From positions 1 through 25,543 of the IMG/VR virus record IMGVR_UViG_3300044233_001437: DNA of 25,543 nt. One strand, written 5' to 3'. Below, in pieces: positions 7,161 to 16,030 of this stretch. Both the position numbers and the translations under genes were made by a program. Each line of letters starts with the position of its first letter. Position 1 is the stretch's first letter. The notes beneath the pieces are model-generated. The model made no database searches. It had not been told where the DNA came from and worked only from the letters and a program-made list of their open reading frames with translations. The stretch comes from a virus. Its lineage: Duplodnaviria; Caudoviricetes.

Positions 7161-9343
7161 TATCTTTGTCCATCCGGTTGAATATCAGCTCTAAATGTTC
7201 CAAATCTCCAGGATTCTCCACTAGCCGTATTTCTTAAATCAAAATTTACCGCTCGTGCTCTTGAACGAGTATCTATTTTTTTTGTACTAGAGTCAACTGT
7301 AAATGGTCCAAGAGTTGAAGATACCTCCGTGTCATTGGGAAAATCCCGTAAGTTAATAGTAACCTGAGCATTACCAGTTAATGCTCTAAAGTCAGGTATG
7401 AATCTTCTAATCTTTGCAAATATTTGACCTAACGTACCATCAAGGGGTAGTTCAAAATCTCCACTTTGTATACTACCAATTACAGAGGTTACATTACCTG
7501 CATCATCAACTTCGTCTGTACCCGTTTCGTGAAAATAAAGAGTGGTGGCTCCATTTGTATTTGTAACACCTTGAATCGTAGGAAAAGTAGGTGTGCCTGT
7601 TAGATCAAACTCACCAGCAATAGGATTATCAAATACTGTTTTGTCGTGATAAATAGTACGAGCTAAGCTACCGGTTGTCCACACACCCTCTTGATAATTT
7701 AACGTAACACTTCTATCAATTTGTGAAGAACCACTTTTTGGATAGAACCAATTTATTTCACTAAATAACGAATTATACTGTGCATATATTGTGTCACTGG
7801 CTGATAGGTTGATACCAAGGTCAGTTGTGTCTTTAGTTGTAAATACAAAGTCCTCAACTGAACAAGGCATTTTTTTTACTGTGCCGTCATACATATAAAA
7901 ACCACCGGAACGTCCCATCCAAAAACAAGCACCATTAGCATATACTACACCGTGTTGAGAAATTAGACCACAGTTTGACCCTACTTGTGTAATACTAAAA
8001 GTAAATGGTGGGCCAACAAATTGCATTCTATAAGCAGAAGTGTCAGTTAAAATTAGAATATAATCTTTTGCTTTTGCTGCACCTATTATTCTACTGCCAG
8101 AGTCAAGTTGAAATGTTCCTGCAGTATTTGTTGAAGTAGGTGTATAAGATGTTATGTCTTCTTGATCTGAGAATCTTATGAACATCAAGTTCTGTGTATT
8201 ACCATCACTTATGTCTGTGTTTGTACCTAGATGTATCAGATGTCTATCTCTTTCAGATACTATTGACATTGAAGATTTTGTAGGAGCACCTGATACAACA
8301 ACAGCTCTTGTTGTTAGTGCATTAGAGTCAAGTGTTATTGGATTCCAAGTAAATGTTCTATCATTGTGAATTGTGGCTACAAGTTTTTGACCAAAATTAT
8401 CTAAAGACCAATTACCTGGATCAAGTGTTAATTCGCTTGTGCTAACAGATTCACCCCAAGAAACATAGTTTGATGCATCCTGCACAGATGCACCAGAATC
8501 GTGAGCAGTTCGTGTTGTGCCATTTGTGCCTCGTACTATGCCTTGTAGCACATTACCAATGATGCTTGTATATGTTATTAACTCTCCACCAACTAATATT
8601 TTACCTGCTGATGCAAAACCAGTAGAATCAGTAAGAGTAATAGTTGTTCCAGATCCTCCAGTTCCAAATTCATTATCTGATAGTGCACCATTAAGAGTTG
8701 TTACGACAAGTGGACTTATTGTTCCTCCCCATTCACCAACTCCCCAACCAAAACCAGCTGTCTGACCTATACCACCAACTTTTACGTATGGATTTATTGT
8801 TGCTCCTCCTCCTGCTGACATACCTGTGCCTGTTTCATTCGATGCCATTGTAACTGTAAATGCGTTGTTATTAGGCACTGTTGTTACCTCGAAAGTGTTT
8901 GTAGTAAAATCACTTGTAGAATATCCAGTTGCTCCTCCGCCCGGTAAAGTCACACTGGTAAAAGTAAACAGATCACCTACTGCTAATCCGTGTGCAGATT
9001 TGTTTACAGTAACACTAGCAGAACCGTTTGATGAGGAAAATGTTGCACCTGTTATAGCAGTTTCTAAAGGACTTATGTCAAACAAAGAACCGTCAAAATA
9101 TAAAAACAAACCTTTGTTGGTTCCGAAGGCAACATATCTACGTCCCCTTATATCTGTCCATATATGAATATCTCTTGCTACACCGATAGTGCTATTACCT
9201 GTAATCTGTGACCATCCACCGATTTTTTCAGGAAAACCGTATCTAAATCTTACATTGTCTCCGTCAATCCAACGTCCTGCTGCACCTGTGGGAGTCACTT
9301 GTTTATTAAAGCCCGGTGCTATTTTTATCTCTCTTAAAGGCAT
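7160..9343 (-). CDS. Tail hub / nozzle protein (P22 gp10 / T7 gp12-like stabilisation protein) with inserted beta domains
   Basis: 727 aa: GRWIDGDNVRFRYGFPEKIGGW, IRFSDQED...TNTAG...L..GS.I, NCGLIS, FSEINWFYP, RRFIPDF, WRFGTFRADIQPDGQR. Beta-propeller-like pattern; position just before the ejection genes. Confidence 0.75.
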   Translation of the reverse strand: MPLREIKIAPGFNKQVTPTGAAGRWIDGDNVRFRYGFPEKIGGWSQITGNSTIGVARDIHIWTDIRGRRYVAFGTNKGLFLYFDGSLFDISPLETAITGATFSSSNGSASVTVNKSAHGLAVGDLFTFTSVTLPGGGATGYSTSDFTTNTFEVTTVPNNNAFTVTMASNETGTGMSAGGGATINPYVKVGGIGQTAGFGWGVGEWGGTISPLVVTTLNGALSDNEFGTGGSGTTITLTDSTGFASAGKILVGGELITYTSIIGNVLQGIVRGTNGTTRTAHDSGASVQDASNYVSWGESVSTSELTLDPGNWSLDNFGQKLVATIHNDRTFTWNPITLDSNALTTRAVVVSGAPTKSSMSIVSERDRHLIHLGTNTDISDGNTQNLMFIRFSDQEDITSYTPTSTNTAGTFQLDSGSRIIGAAKAKDYILILTDTSAYRMQFVGPPFTFSITQVGSNCGLISQHGVVYANGACFWMGRSGGFYMYDGTVKKMPCSVEDFVFTTKDTTDLGINLSASDTIYAQYNSLFSEINWFYPKSGSSQIDRSVTLNYQEGVWTTGSLARTIYHDKTVFDNPIAGEFDLTGTPTFPTIQGVTNTNGATTLYFHETGTDEVDDAGNVTSVIGSIQSGDFELPLDGTLGQIFAKIRRFIPDFRALTGNAQVTINLRDFPNDTEVSSTLGPFTVDSSTKKIDTRSRARAVNFDLRNTASGESWRFGTFRADIQPDGQR

Positions 9344-9348
9344 AACAA

Positions 9349-9377
9349 ATTATAGACTAAAAAGTCTTAATGGTAAA
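9349..9377 (-). promoter_or_regulatory. sigma70-like promoter TTTACC-N17-TATAAT, probably giving a leaderless mRNA
   Basis: Perfect -10 at 9354-9349 with only 5 nt before ATG 9343; no SD; small inverted repeat AGACT-AAAA-AGTCT in the spacer. Confidence 0.55.
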
Positions 9378-9381
9378 CCTA

Positions 9382-9930
9382 CTAAGGTAACTGCCCAGGC
9401 TGTCTTACCGAAGGTCCACCTATAAATTCTCTGCCATCTAAATAGTAGTCTTTGTTTTTTTCTGTATCTTCAACATAATGTAAAAATGTCTGAAGATAGT
9501 AGTCACCGGTAAAATGTGGTCGTGAGTGAAAAACTTTATCTCCTCTGTAAAATAAACCATCACCGGGCTCTAGAAACACATCTTCTTTTTCAGCTCTAAA
9601 TGCCCATTTTGTTCCACAACTACCGATATGTACACTTATTGAATGTGTGCAAGAACCTCTATCTTTATGCTCTTCAAGGTGGGCATTAAAAGTATAAAGT
9701 CGCCAATATGAATAGGTTGGCAAAACTTTAATGTTTAGGTGTTTCTCAACAAGAGGCACCTTGTGAAGTAAAAAAGTGTCAAATAAAGGATCGCCATAAA
9801 ATCCTGTATCTCCGTGTGTCTGACCTAAATCAAAGTCATCATAATTAAACCTGTGTCTAGATTTCATATATTCAGCACAAATTTTTACTTCTTCTTTTGT
9901 AAAAAAATTTTTAAATATAGTGTAATTCAT
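9382..9930 (-). CDS. 2OG-Fe(II) oxygenase family protein
   Basis: PTYSYWRLY...HKDR (HxD), LEPGDGLFYRG...HSR, QTFLHYV. ATG 9930 overlaps the upstream stop and is preferred over 9939. Confidence 0.8.
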   Translation of the reverse strand: MNYTIFKNFFTKEEVKICAEYMKSRHRFNYDDFDLGQTHGDTGFYGDPLFDTFLLHKVPLVEKHLNIKVLPTYSYWRLYTFNAHLEEHKDRGSCTHSISVHIGSCGTKWAFRAEKEDVFLEPGDGLFYRGDKVFHSRPHFTGDYYLQTFLHYVEDTEKNKDYYLDGREFIGGPSVRQPGQLP

Positions 9931-10517
9931 AAAAACCAACTAACTATCGAATAACGTGTCCCCTCTGTTACAGGTAAAACAGAATGTGGATATATAAAAT
10001 TACTAGGAAATATAATTAACCTATTTGGTTTTACATCTACTTTTTTTAACACCTCATTACTATCGCTTGGGTTAACAAAAACTAATTCACCACCTTTATA
10101 ATCATTGTTTAACAAATAAATTACTGAAAGTGTTCTTGGTATTGATCCAGAATGGTCACAATGTGGTACATAAAAGCCTGTCTTTTCATATTTTAATGCT
10201 GTAATTTGTAAAATTTTTTCAATAGGTGAACAAGTTGGGCTTTTATTTATTGTTCTCATATACTCACCGATCATAAACATAAATGTTTTTCTTAATAGAT
10301 TAAAATAATGCACGTCTGTGTAGGATTTTGAATTATAAAAAAAGTCAAACACCTCAGCCTTTCTTATATCTCTGTGAATACCTGCACCTTTAGGTTGAGT
10401 GGGATCAATCACTTCAGCATTTTTAAATTTAACTTTATTTAAATATTTAAGTAAAGAAATAACAACCTTAAATGGAAATATATTGTCATATTCCTTTATA
10501 AAAGAAACAGTATCCAT
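9927..10517 (-). CDS. 2OG-Fe(II) oxygenase, prolyl-4-hydroxylase-like
   Basis: YVPHCD (HxD), RTLS...LNNDYKGGEL.F, IFPSNFIYPHSV.PVTEGTRYSIVSW. Confidence 0.9.
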   Translation of the reverse strand: MDTVSFIKEYDNIFPFKVVISLLKYLNKVKFKNAEVIDPTQPKGAGIHRDIRKAEVFDFFYNSKSYTDVHYFNLLRKTFMFMIGEYMRTINKSPTCSPIEKILQITALKYEKTGFYVPHCDHSGSIPRTLSVIYLLNNDYKGGELVFVNPSDSNEVLKKVDVKPNRLIIFPSNFIYPHSVLPVTEGTRYSIVSWFL

Positions 10518-10523
10518 AGTAAA

Positions 10524-10553
10524 AATATACTACTTTATTTAAGGAATAAGTAA
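10524..10553 (-). promoter_or_regulatory. Possible promoter TTACTT-N18-TATATT for the oxygenase pair, leaderless
   Basis: -10 at 10529-10524, 6 nt before ATG 10517; no SD. Confidence 0.35.
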
Positions 10554-11000
10554 AGGTGAAATTTTTGTTTGACTAAATGAATTTTTTAAAACTTCTGCTG
10601 GACTTGTATTTGCAATTGGATAACTAACGGAAGATAAATCAAGTGCTTCTAATCCTTCAACCCAAGTCGTGATTTCATTTTTATAAGCATTATCAATCTT
10701 GTTGTATCTAATAAATCTTACATAAGCTTCTTGAATATTTTCAACCCACCCTTCAATCAAGTCTTGAGTCACATCTATGCCAAAAGCATCATTGTTAGTC
10801 CACACTAAAGAATTATCAGATTTATTTATAACCACATTTTTTTTTTCACATAAAAAGTCCTGAGCTTCCTGATCAGTCAGCTGCACACAAGTATTATGTT
10901 GAGCAAAGTATGCATCTTTAACTGCATCAGTTGGTGCTATAAAAATCGGTCGTGTATTCTGTGTGTCTGTCGGTAAAGTAAAAATTGCCCAATATGCCAT
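10539..11000 (-). CDS. Hypothetical protein following tail fibre (possible fibre assembly chaperone)
   Basis: SD AGGAG; directly downstream of the fibre gene. Function is inferred from position only. Confidence 0.55.
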   Translation of the reverse strand: MAYWAIFTLPTDTQNTRPIFIAPTDAVKDAYFAQHNTCVQLTDQEAQDFLCEKKNVVINKSDNSLVWTNNDAFGIDVTQDLIEGWVENIQEAYVRFIRYNKIDNAYKNEITTWVEGLEALDLSSVSYPIANTSPAEVLKNSFSQTKISPLLIP

Positions 11001-11010
11001 ATTTCAACTC

Positions 11011-12360
11011 CTAATATGTTTTTCCATTTTCTAATACTACAAGCATACCTACTCCTCGTCCTGTAGTTCCATTTGCTGGAGAATTAACTTGTGCAGCTAC
11101 TCCACCTATACCTGTTCCCCCTAAACCAAACTGTAATCCAAAAGTGTGAAAAGATGTGGAATCAGTATCAGGTCTACTATTTGATGGGCTTCCCGGAATA
11201 GTTTGTGGCACAAAATAAGAATCATCAAAACCTGTAACGTCACTAGCTGGAGAGGCTGTGCCATTAGCACCTTTAGTACCAAAAGCATTTCCACTTGGAG
11301 CTGCACCACCTCCAGCACCACCATTTACTGTTAATGTCCCTGCGGGATCAGCAAAGGTAGTTGCACCACCTGCGTTACCAGCAGTTACAGGTCCACCACC
11401 ATTTCCGATAGCTCCTACTGAAAATGGAACGGAATAGGGTGCGGAGATAGGTATATCAAAAAAACCCAAGCCTCCATTACCACCACCACCGCCACGACCT
11501 GAGCCGTTTGATGGTTTTCCACCTGTTCCACCGCCACCACCTTGCATATATATTTTTAAACGAGTTGTGGCAGATGCTGCAGTGTATGTTCCCGATGCAG
11601 GTCCTTTTTGAACTAGACCTAATGTATATCCTGTCGCTCCAGCTGAACCAGAAGATGCTCCTGTTAATCTACCATCAGCATCTACTGTAATTGTTGCTGC
11701 TGTATAAGTTCCCGCTGAAACAGTTGTGGCTATAAGTTGATTTGCACCAACTGAGTCTGCAGCTAATTTTGTTTGTGTAATTGTTGATTGAGCAATCTTT
11801 GCAGCTGTAACCTGACTAGCTGAAATTTTTGCACTTGTAATTGCATTGTCCGGTATTTTTGCAGTAGTAACTTGGTTAGCAGAAATTTTAGCACTAGTAA
11901 TTGCATTGTCTGCAATCTGTGCAGTACCAATTGTACCACCCAAAGTATCTAAGGCAATTTCATTTAAGTTTGTTCCATCTGCATATGCCGCTACAATTTT
12001 TGATTCTGCAGGACTAAAACCTGTGCCACTTACAGTTTTAATTGTTAAGTTTGACGGATTGGTTACTGCCGTTATATCAAAAATATAAAATTTTTCTATA
12101 CCGTCAGGTATGGTTACAACAGATGCACCTGATAAAGTGATTGTTGCAAATTTAATAACCATATTACGAGCATTTGATAACGCTGCATTACTCATTGCTA
12201 ATGCTACTGTTCCACCGTTAGTAAGTGTTACAGATTCAACACCAGCGATTGCTTGTTGTACTAAATTTAGGTTTGTATTGGTTTTGTCACCCCAAGTACC
12301 AGCATTTTCGCCAGTTACCATTAATTCTAATTTTAAATCAGTAGAGTATGTAGAAGTCAT
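11011..12360 (-). CDS. Tail fibre / receptor-binding-like virion protein
   Basis: Anchor-like N-terminus MTSTYSTDLKLELMVTGENAGTWGDKTNTNL, 10-aa repeats, AGTYTAATITVDADGRLT motif, Gly-rich C-terminal domain (GGGGGTGG...GGGGGNGG). Confidence 0.75.
   Translation of the reverse strand: MTSTYSTDLKLELMVTGENAGTWGDKTNTNLNLVQQAIAGVESVTLTNGGTVALAMSNAALSNARNMVIKFATITLSGASVVTIPDGIEKFYIFDITAVTNPSNLTIKTVSGTGFSPAESKIVAAYADGTNLNEIALDTLGGTIGTAQIADNAITSAKISANQVTTAKIPDNAITSAKISASQVTAAKIAQSTITQTKLAADSVGANQLIATTVSAGTYTAATITVDADGRLTGASSGSAGATGYTLGLVQKGPASGTYTAASATTRLKIYMQGGGGGTGGKPSNGSGRGGGGGNGGLGFFDIPISAPYSVPFSVGAIGNGGGPVTAGNAGGATTFADPAGTLTVNGGAGGGAAPSGNAFGTKGANGTASPASDVTGFDDSYFVPQTIPGSPSNSRPDTDSTSFHTFGLQFGLGGTGIGGVAAQVNSPANGTTGRGVGMLVVLENGKTY
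11719..11925 (-). repeat. About 7 decapeptide repeats (TSAKIxDNAI-like) in tail fibre
   Basis: TAQIADNAI/TSAKISANQV/TTAKIPDNAI/TSAKISASQV/TAAKIAQSTI/TQTKLAADSV/GANQLIATTV; DNA gtaattgcattgtc recurs at 11837 and 11897. Confidence 0.85.
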
Positions 12361-12377
12361 AAAAAATCCTTTTAAGT

Positions 12378-12406
12378 AATATACACTATTTAAGCCGCCC
12401 TATCAA
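12378..12406 (-). promoter_or_regulatory. sigma70-like promoter TTGATA-N17-TATATT upstream of tail fibre
   Basis: -35 at 12406-12401, -10 at 12383-12378, followed by SD AAGGA. Confidence 0.6.
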
Positions 12407-13157
12407 CTTCCGTCCAAACAACTTCTGTTCCAACATTGACTTCGGACCACGCAGTTATTGTAGGAGTTCCAACTGATAATGTCAATGTCTGACCTGTTAC
12501 ACTTGGGTCCGCACTAACCACTGGTAAAGCTGTTCCAATAGATGTAGTCATTGCTTGTCCAGAGGCTGTTACAGAAGAAACAGCATCAACTGTGCCTACT
12601 GACATAGCCATCGCTTGTCCTGTTACTCCTTGAACATTTGTTTGAACAAGAGTTATCGAGCCTTGACTCATTGTCATTGCTTGTCCGGTAACATCAACAG
12701 GTGTTTTTAATCCTGCAGCAACAATACCAACTGACATAGCCATTGCTTGTCCTGTAGTTGATTCGTTTGTCGTTTGAACAAGAGTTATTGTTCCCAAACT
12801 TGCATCAAGTTGATCTTCAGCAGGTATGATTGTAGGTGAACCATCAATCTGTAATCCGATCTGACCTATGTTTGTAGACATAGACTGACCGCTAGCAGAA
12901 TGAGAAAAATCAGTAAATCCTAAAGCTGTGCCCTGTGATAAAGCTAAAGATTGTCCAGTAGCAAGAACAGAATAAGCAACACCCCAAGCACCATTACCCC
13001 ACTCTCCTCTGCCCCAACCTGAATTTAATTCAGCAGTTGATACAACAGAGCCAATTGCAGAAGTTAGTGAACCTGCGGTTGTAACACTTATATTAGTATT
13101 ACCTTGCTCTCCCCAAGGACCATCTCCCCAAGTAAGTGAACCCCAAGTGTTAGACAT
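12390..13157 (-). CDS. Repeat-containing virion protein (WG motifs and ~20-aa TGQAMxMSxG repeats)
   Basis: WGSLTWGDGPWG, GWGRGEWGNGAWG, and seven [TS]GQxxxxxxG repeats; Thr/Ser/Gly/Val-rich. Confidence 0.7.
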   Translation of the reverse strand: MSNTWGSLTWGDGPWGEQGNTNISVTTAGSLTSAIGSVVSTAELNSGWGRGEWGNGAWGVAYSVLATGQSLALSQGTALGFTDFSHSASGQSMSTNIGQIGLQIDGSPTIIPAEDQLDASLGTITLVQTTNESTTGQAMAMSVGIVAAGLKTPVDVTGQAMTMSQGSITLVQTNVQGVTGQAMAMSVGTVDAVSSVTASGQAMTTSIGTALPVVSADPSVTGQTLTLSVGTPTITAWSEVNVGTEVVWTEVDRAA

Positions 13158-13168
13158 AAATTACCTAA

Positions 13169-13612
13169 CTATGCGATTCTTAATATAGCCGCAGATGTAG
13201 TAAAAGCAGGGAACTGAATTGTAAATGTACCAGATGAAGCAGTTTTATCAGATCCAAAATCAAGAACTGCAACTGCTGTTTTTGAAGCATCCGATTGATA
13301 AATCAATGCTCCTCTTGCAGTCAAAGTCACGTTTGTAAAAGATAAATCTGCAAAATCAACAATAGCTGTATTTGTAGCAAGTGATGTTCCACCATTTACA
13401 AGAGCTTTACCTCCACTGCTATAACCAGAAGGAGAAGATGATTCCCCGTTTGGTGACCCACCAGCGAATGCAGTTGTTGATTTACCTAAAGTAGCTGAGT
13501 TTGTAAACAAAGCTAATTTAAATGTGTTACCACCCGGAGTTTTAAAATTATAAGCACCCTCTAATAAACCCTTTTTGAAAGAGTTACATATTGCATTAGT
13601 AGTAATAGCCAT
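13169..13612 (-). CDS. Virion structural protein (tail-associated)
   Basis: MAITTNAICNSFKKGLL...FKLALFT...GYSSGG..L...DFAD...ARGALIY...AVAVLDFGSDK...FTIQFP; strong SD AAGGAG. Confidence 0.7.
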   Translation of the reverse strand: MAITTNAICNSFKKGLLEGAYNFKTPGGNTFKLALFTNSATLGKSTTAFAGGSPNGESSSPSGYSSGGKALVNGGTSLATNTAIVDFADLSFTNVTLTARGALIYQSDASKTAVAVLDFGSDKTASSGTFTIQFPAFTTSAAILRIA

Positions 13613-13641
13613 TTTTATTATCTCCTTATTTAGTTAACTAT

Positions 13642-14292
13642 TTAAGGTGATGGGGATGGAACCTTAATACGAGGCACACCCTCATCGTACTCACCCCTTC
13701 TTCTTCTACCCATTTGTTGAAGAGCGAAAGCTTGAGTGTTTTCATTATACTGATCTAAATACAGTTTGTATAGATCGTAAGGACCTTTAAGATACCTAAA
13801 ACATTCTGATAAAACTCCGTGTAACAGTAAATTTTCTTGATACTGTGATAAATAAGTTTGAGTTGTTGAGTTAAAATGAGGAGGGTCTTTTATATAGTTT
13901 ACTTGTATTTGATATGAGGTGTTTGGTGTTGGAGCAAAAACTATACTTGTATTATCCCAATTGGCAAAATATTTAGGTTCACCTTGCGCCTCAGTTGGAT
14001 TAAACTCTGAAATAAAACTAGTGTCTCTCTTTTCTAGAAAATTTCTAGTACCACTATTAATAATTTGAACTGAACGTGTGATTAAAGCATCAGCAGGTAA
14101 ATTAACATATCTTTGAGAAGCAACTAAACTTGAAGTTGCATATTTTCTTAGATCATCATAATCAACTTTTCCAGCTATATCTAATTCTGTGTTCCTTATA
14201 AATTGATCTAATAAAGTATCACTTAAAACATTTGAGTCTACCTCTGTGTAGTTTCTTACTTGTGTTAAAAAATTTGTGTATGTAATTGTCAT
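13642..14292 (-). CDS. Head-tail adaptor / tail tubular A-like protein
   Basis: Helical N- and C-termini around a GEPKYFA...APTPN.SY beta insert, LLLHG.L.E...YLK. Confidence 0.6.
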   Translation of the reverse strand: MTITYTNFLTQVRNYTEVDSNVLSDTLLDQFIRNTELDIAGKVDYDDLRKYATSSLVASQRYVNLPADALITRSVQIINSGTRNFLEKRDTSFISEFNPTEAQGEPKYFANWDNTSIVFAPTPNTSYQIQVNYIKDPPHFNSTTQTYLSQYQENLLLHGVLSECFRYLKGPYDLYKLYLDQYNENTQAFALQQMGRRRRGEYDEGVPRIKVPSPSP

Positions 14293-14666
14293 CTTAAAGT
14301 CACCGTTATTGATCCTGCAGATGGCACCTCAGAAACAGCACTACTTGCAGTTCTTGCTCTTAATTGTCTTTTACTATTTTGTTGATCAGGTGTCAACGGT
14401 GGTACTAAAGACTCAGGATTAGAATTAAAAAGAAGTGCAGGATTTAAATCTACTATAGTGGGTGATGATCTCTGTGGTCTAGCACTTGCTAAAGCAATAG
14501 CATCAGCAGTAATGTGTTTTCTTCTAATTTGTGGGTGTTTAGCCTCATATTCGGATTTATGCACAAAAGAACCATTCCATTCTTTTACCATCTCGTTGTA
14601 CGGAAAAGCTTGACCACTTCTATCAGATATAGCTAATGCATATTTCCCACGCGCGTACGATCCCAT
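14289..14666 (-). CDS. Hypothetical phage protein (ARGKYALAISDRSG)
   Basis: Coupled to both neighbours; pattern recognisable from neck regions of similar phages. Confidence 0.65.
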   Translation of the reverse strand: MGSYARGKYALAISDRSGQAFPYNEMVKEWNGSFVHKSEYEAKHPQIRRKHITADAIALASARPQRSSPTIVDLNPALLFNSNPESLVPPLTPDQQNSKRQLRARTASSAVSEVPSAGSITVTLR

Positions 14667-15571
14667 TATCTAACTCCTTTGAAGTTTGTCCCTCTAATGG
14701 CTATGCCTCCACCTTTTTGCAATTTTGCTGTTCTTGACCCTGTAAATTTAGCATAAGGATTTACAGTGCCTCTAGGTCTTGCAAAACTTTCATAAATACT
14801 TGCCGCTGATTTTTTTGGTGATCTATTCGAATACATATATCTATATTGATGTCTTGTTTTTAATCTATCTAAAGCAGCGGCCTGTTTATCATATTCTGGA
14901 TCACCAGCTCTTGCTGGTCTAGTTGTAGTCTCAGTGTAAGTTTGACTACCCACTTGTCTATATTGTGGGTTTAGATTAGTTTGTCCCATACTGGTACGAT
15001 TTTTTATAGGTTCCTGAAGATATTCTCTACCGTAAGGTCCTCTTGTTAACACAGCTCCTTGTGGTAAAGTAGTTGTCATTTCTGGAGCTCTTGGTTGTCC
15101 GTAAGTGGTTGTTCTTGGATAACTTACTTCGTATTGTGGTCTTGTTTTTTGTTGTGTAGAAGTAAATGTTAAATTTTTTAAATTTTTTTCTGCTTCAGCT
15201 ATTTCTTTAGACAAATCTCTATAGTAACCAGTTGTTGGTGCAGGTTTTGAAGTATCGGCAGGAATAAAAGAATATGTAGGTGTAAAAGTTTTTGATTCCA
15301 AACCTTTTGATATGTTAGCAAATTGTTCATCTGTTGGTTTTGCAAATTGTTTTTCTATAGATGAAATGTAAGCTTGTCTTTGATTCTCAGGCATATTCAT
15401 AGTTGCACCATATTGAATGTTTGCTCTTTGATCAAAAGTTTTTAATTTTTCCGGTGTGCTTTGAAGTCTCTGTCTGTAGTTGCTAATAGTTTTAAACAGC
15501 TCCGGTCGTGATTGTTCAAGAGGACCAAGATACCCACCAGCTTGTAAATTTTTTATTCTTAAGCCTTTCAC
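14666..15571 (-). CDS. Basic hypothetical protein, paralog of 15571..16029, ends GGGIAIRGTNFKGVR
   Basis: GTG start overlapping the upstream TAG; similarity to the neighbour visible by eye. Confidence 0.75.
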   Translation of the reverse strand: MKGLRIKNLQAGGYLGPLEQSRPELFKTISNYRQRLQSTPEKLKTFDQRANIQYGATMNMPENQRQAYISSIEKQFAKPTDEQFANISKGLESKTFTPTYSFIPADTSKPAPTTGYYRDLSKEIAEAEKNLKNLTFTSTQQKTRPQYEVSYPRTTTYGQPRAPEMTTTLPQGAVLTRGPYGREYLQEPIKNRTSMGQTNLNPQYRQVGSQTYTETTTRPARAGDPEYDKQAAALDRLKTRHQYRYMYSNRSPKKSAASIYESFARPRGTVNPYAKFTGSRTAKLQKGGGIAIRGTNFKGVR

Positions 15572-16029
15572 TATTTTACACCCTTAAATGAGGTACCTTT
15601 TATTGCAGCTCCTACACCTCTAACTAAACCCCCCTCATCAAATCTAAATTTTTCATATGGATTCTCTTTTGATTTTTTATAGCCAGCATAGATATCTTTT
15701 TTTTCTTTTTTTGGTTTGTCCATAGCAATCCTGTATGTTGGCATAAACTTTTCTGAACCTAATGATTCCGTTATTTGTTTGCGACCTTCCTCAGTAGCAA
15801 ATTTTAATTCTTGTTGTTTTAAATACGCCTCTCTCATATCTTTAGGCATATTCTCTGCCGCTTTTTGTTGAATAGGGGCTCTTTCAACTAATTTATCGTA
15901 TTTTGCTTTATCGGTTTCTTTTAATTTATTTGCATAGGTCATAAAATTTGTAGCAAAGTTTGGTGAGATTGCTCTTAATGTGTCAACAATTGTTCCTAGA
16001 TTCGCTTTGGTAATTCTCATACTTTTCAT
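15571..16029 (-). CDS. Basic hypothetical protein, ends RGVGAAIKGTSFKGVK
   Basis: SD AGGAG within the upstream gene end; 152-aa ORF. Confidence 0.75.
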   Translation of the reverse strand: MKSMRITKANLGTIVDTLRAISPNFATNFMTYANKLKETDKAKYDKLVERAPIQQKAAENMPKDMREAYLKQQELKFATEEGRKQITESLGSEKFMPTYRIAMDKPKKEKKDIYAGYKKSKENPYEKFRFDEGGLVRGVGAAIKGTSFKGVK

Positions 16030-16030
16030 T

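Noticed and set aside
1235-11324. Short alternative-frame minus ORFs 1235..1474, 3388..3591 and 11121..11324
   Set aside because: Nested out of frame inside longer credible genes, including the truncated 1..1592 ORF that the track omitted.
11719-12965. Repeats in fibre genes as a CRISPR array or DGR template/variable repeats
   Set aside because: They are in-frame degenerate coding repeats without spacers or adenine-specific mismatches, and there is no reverse transcriptase or cas gene in the window.
15560-15580. Programmed frameshift or read-through fusing the two paralogs at the TAGTG overlap
   Set aside because: No canonical slippery heptamer or obvious downstream structure; ordinary translational coupling explains it, and both proteins have matching N-termini.
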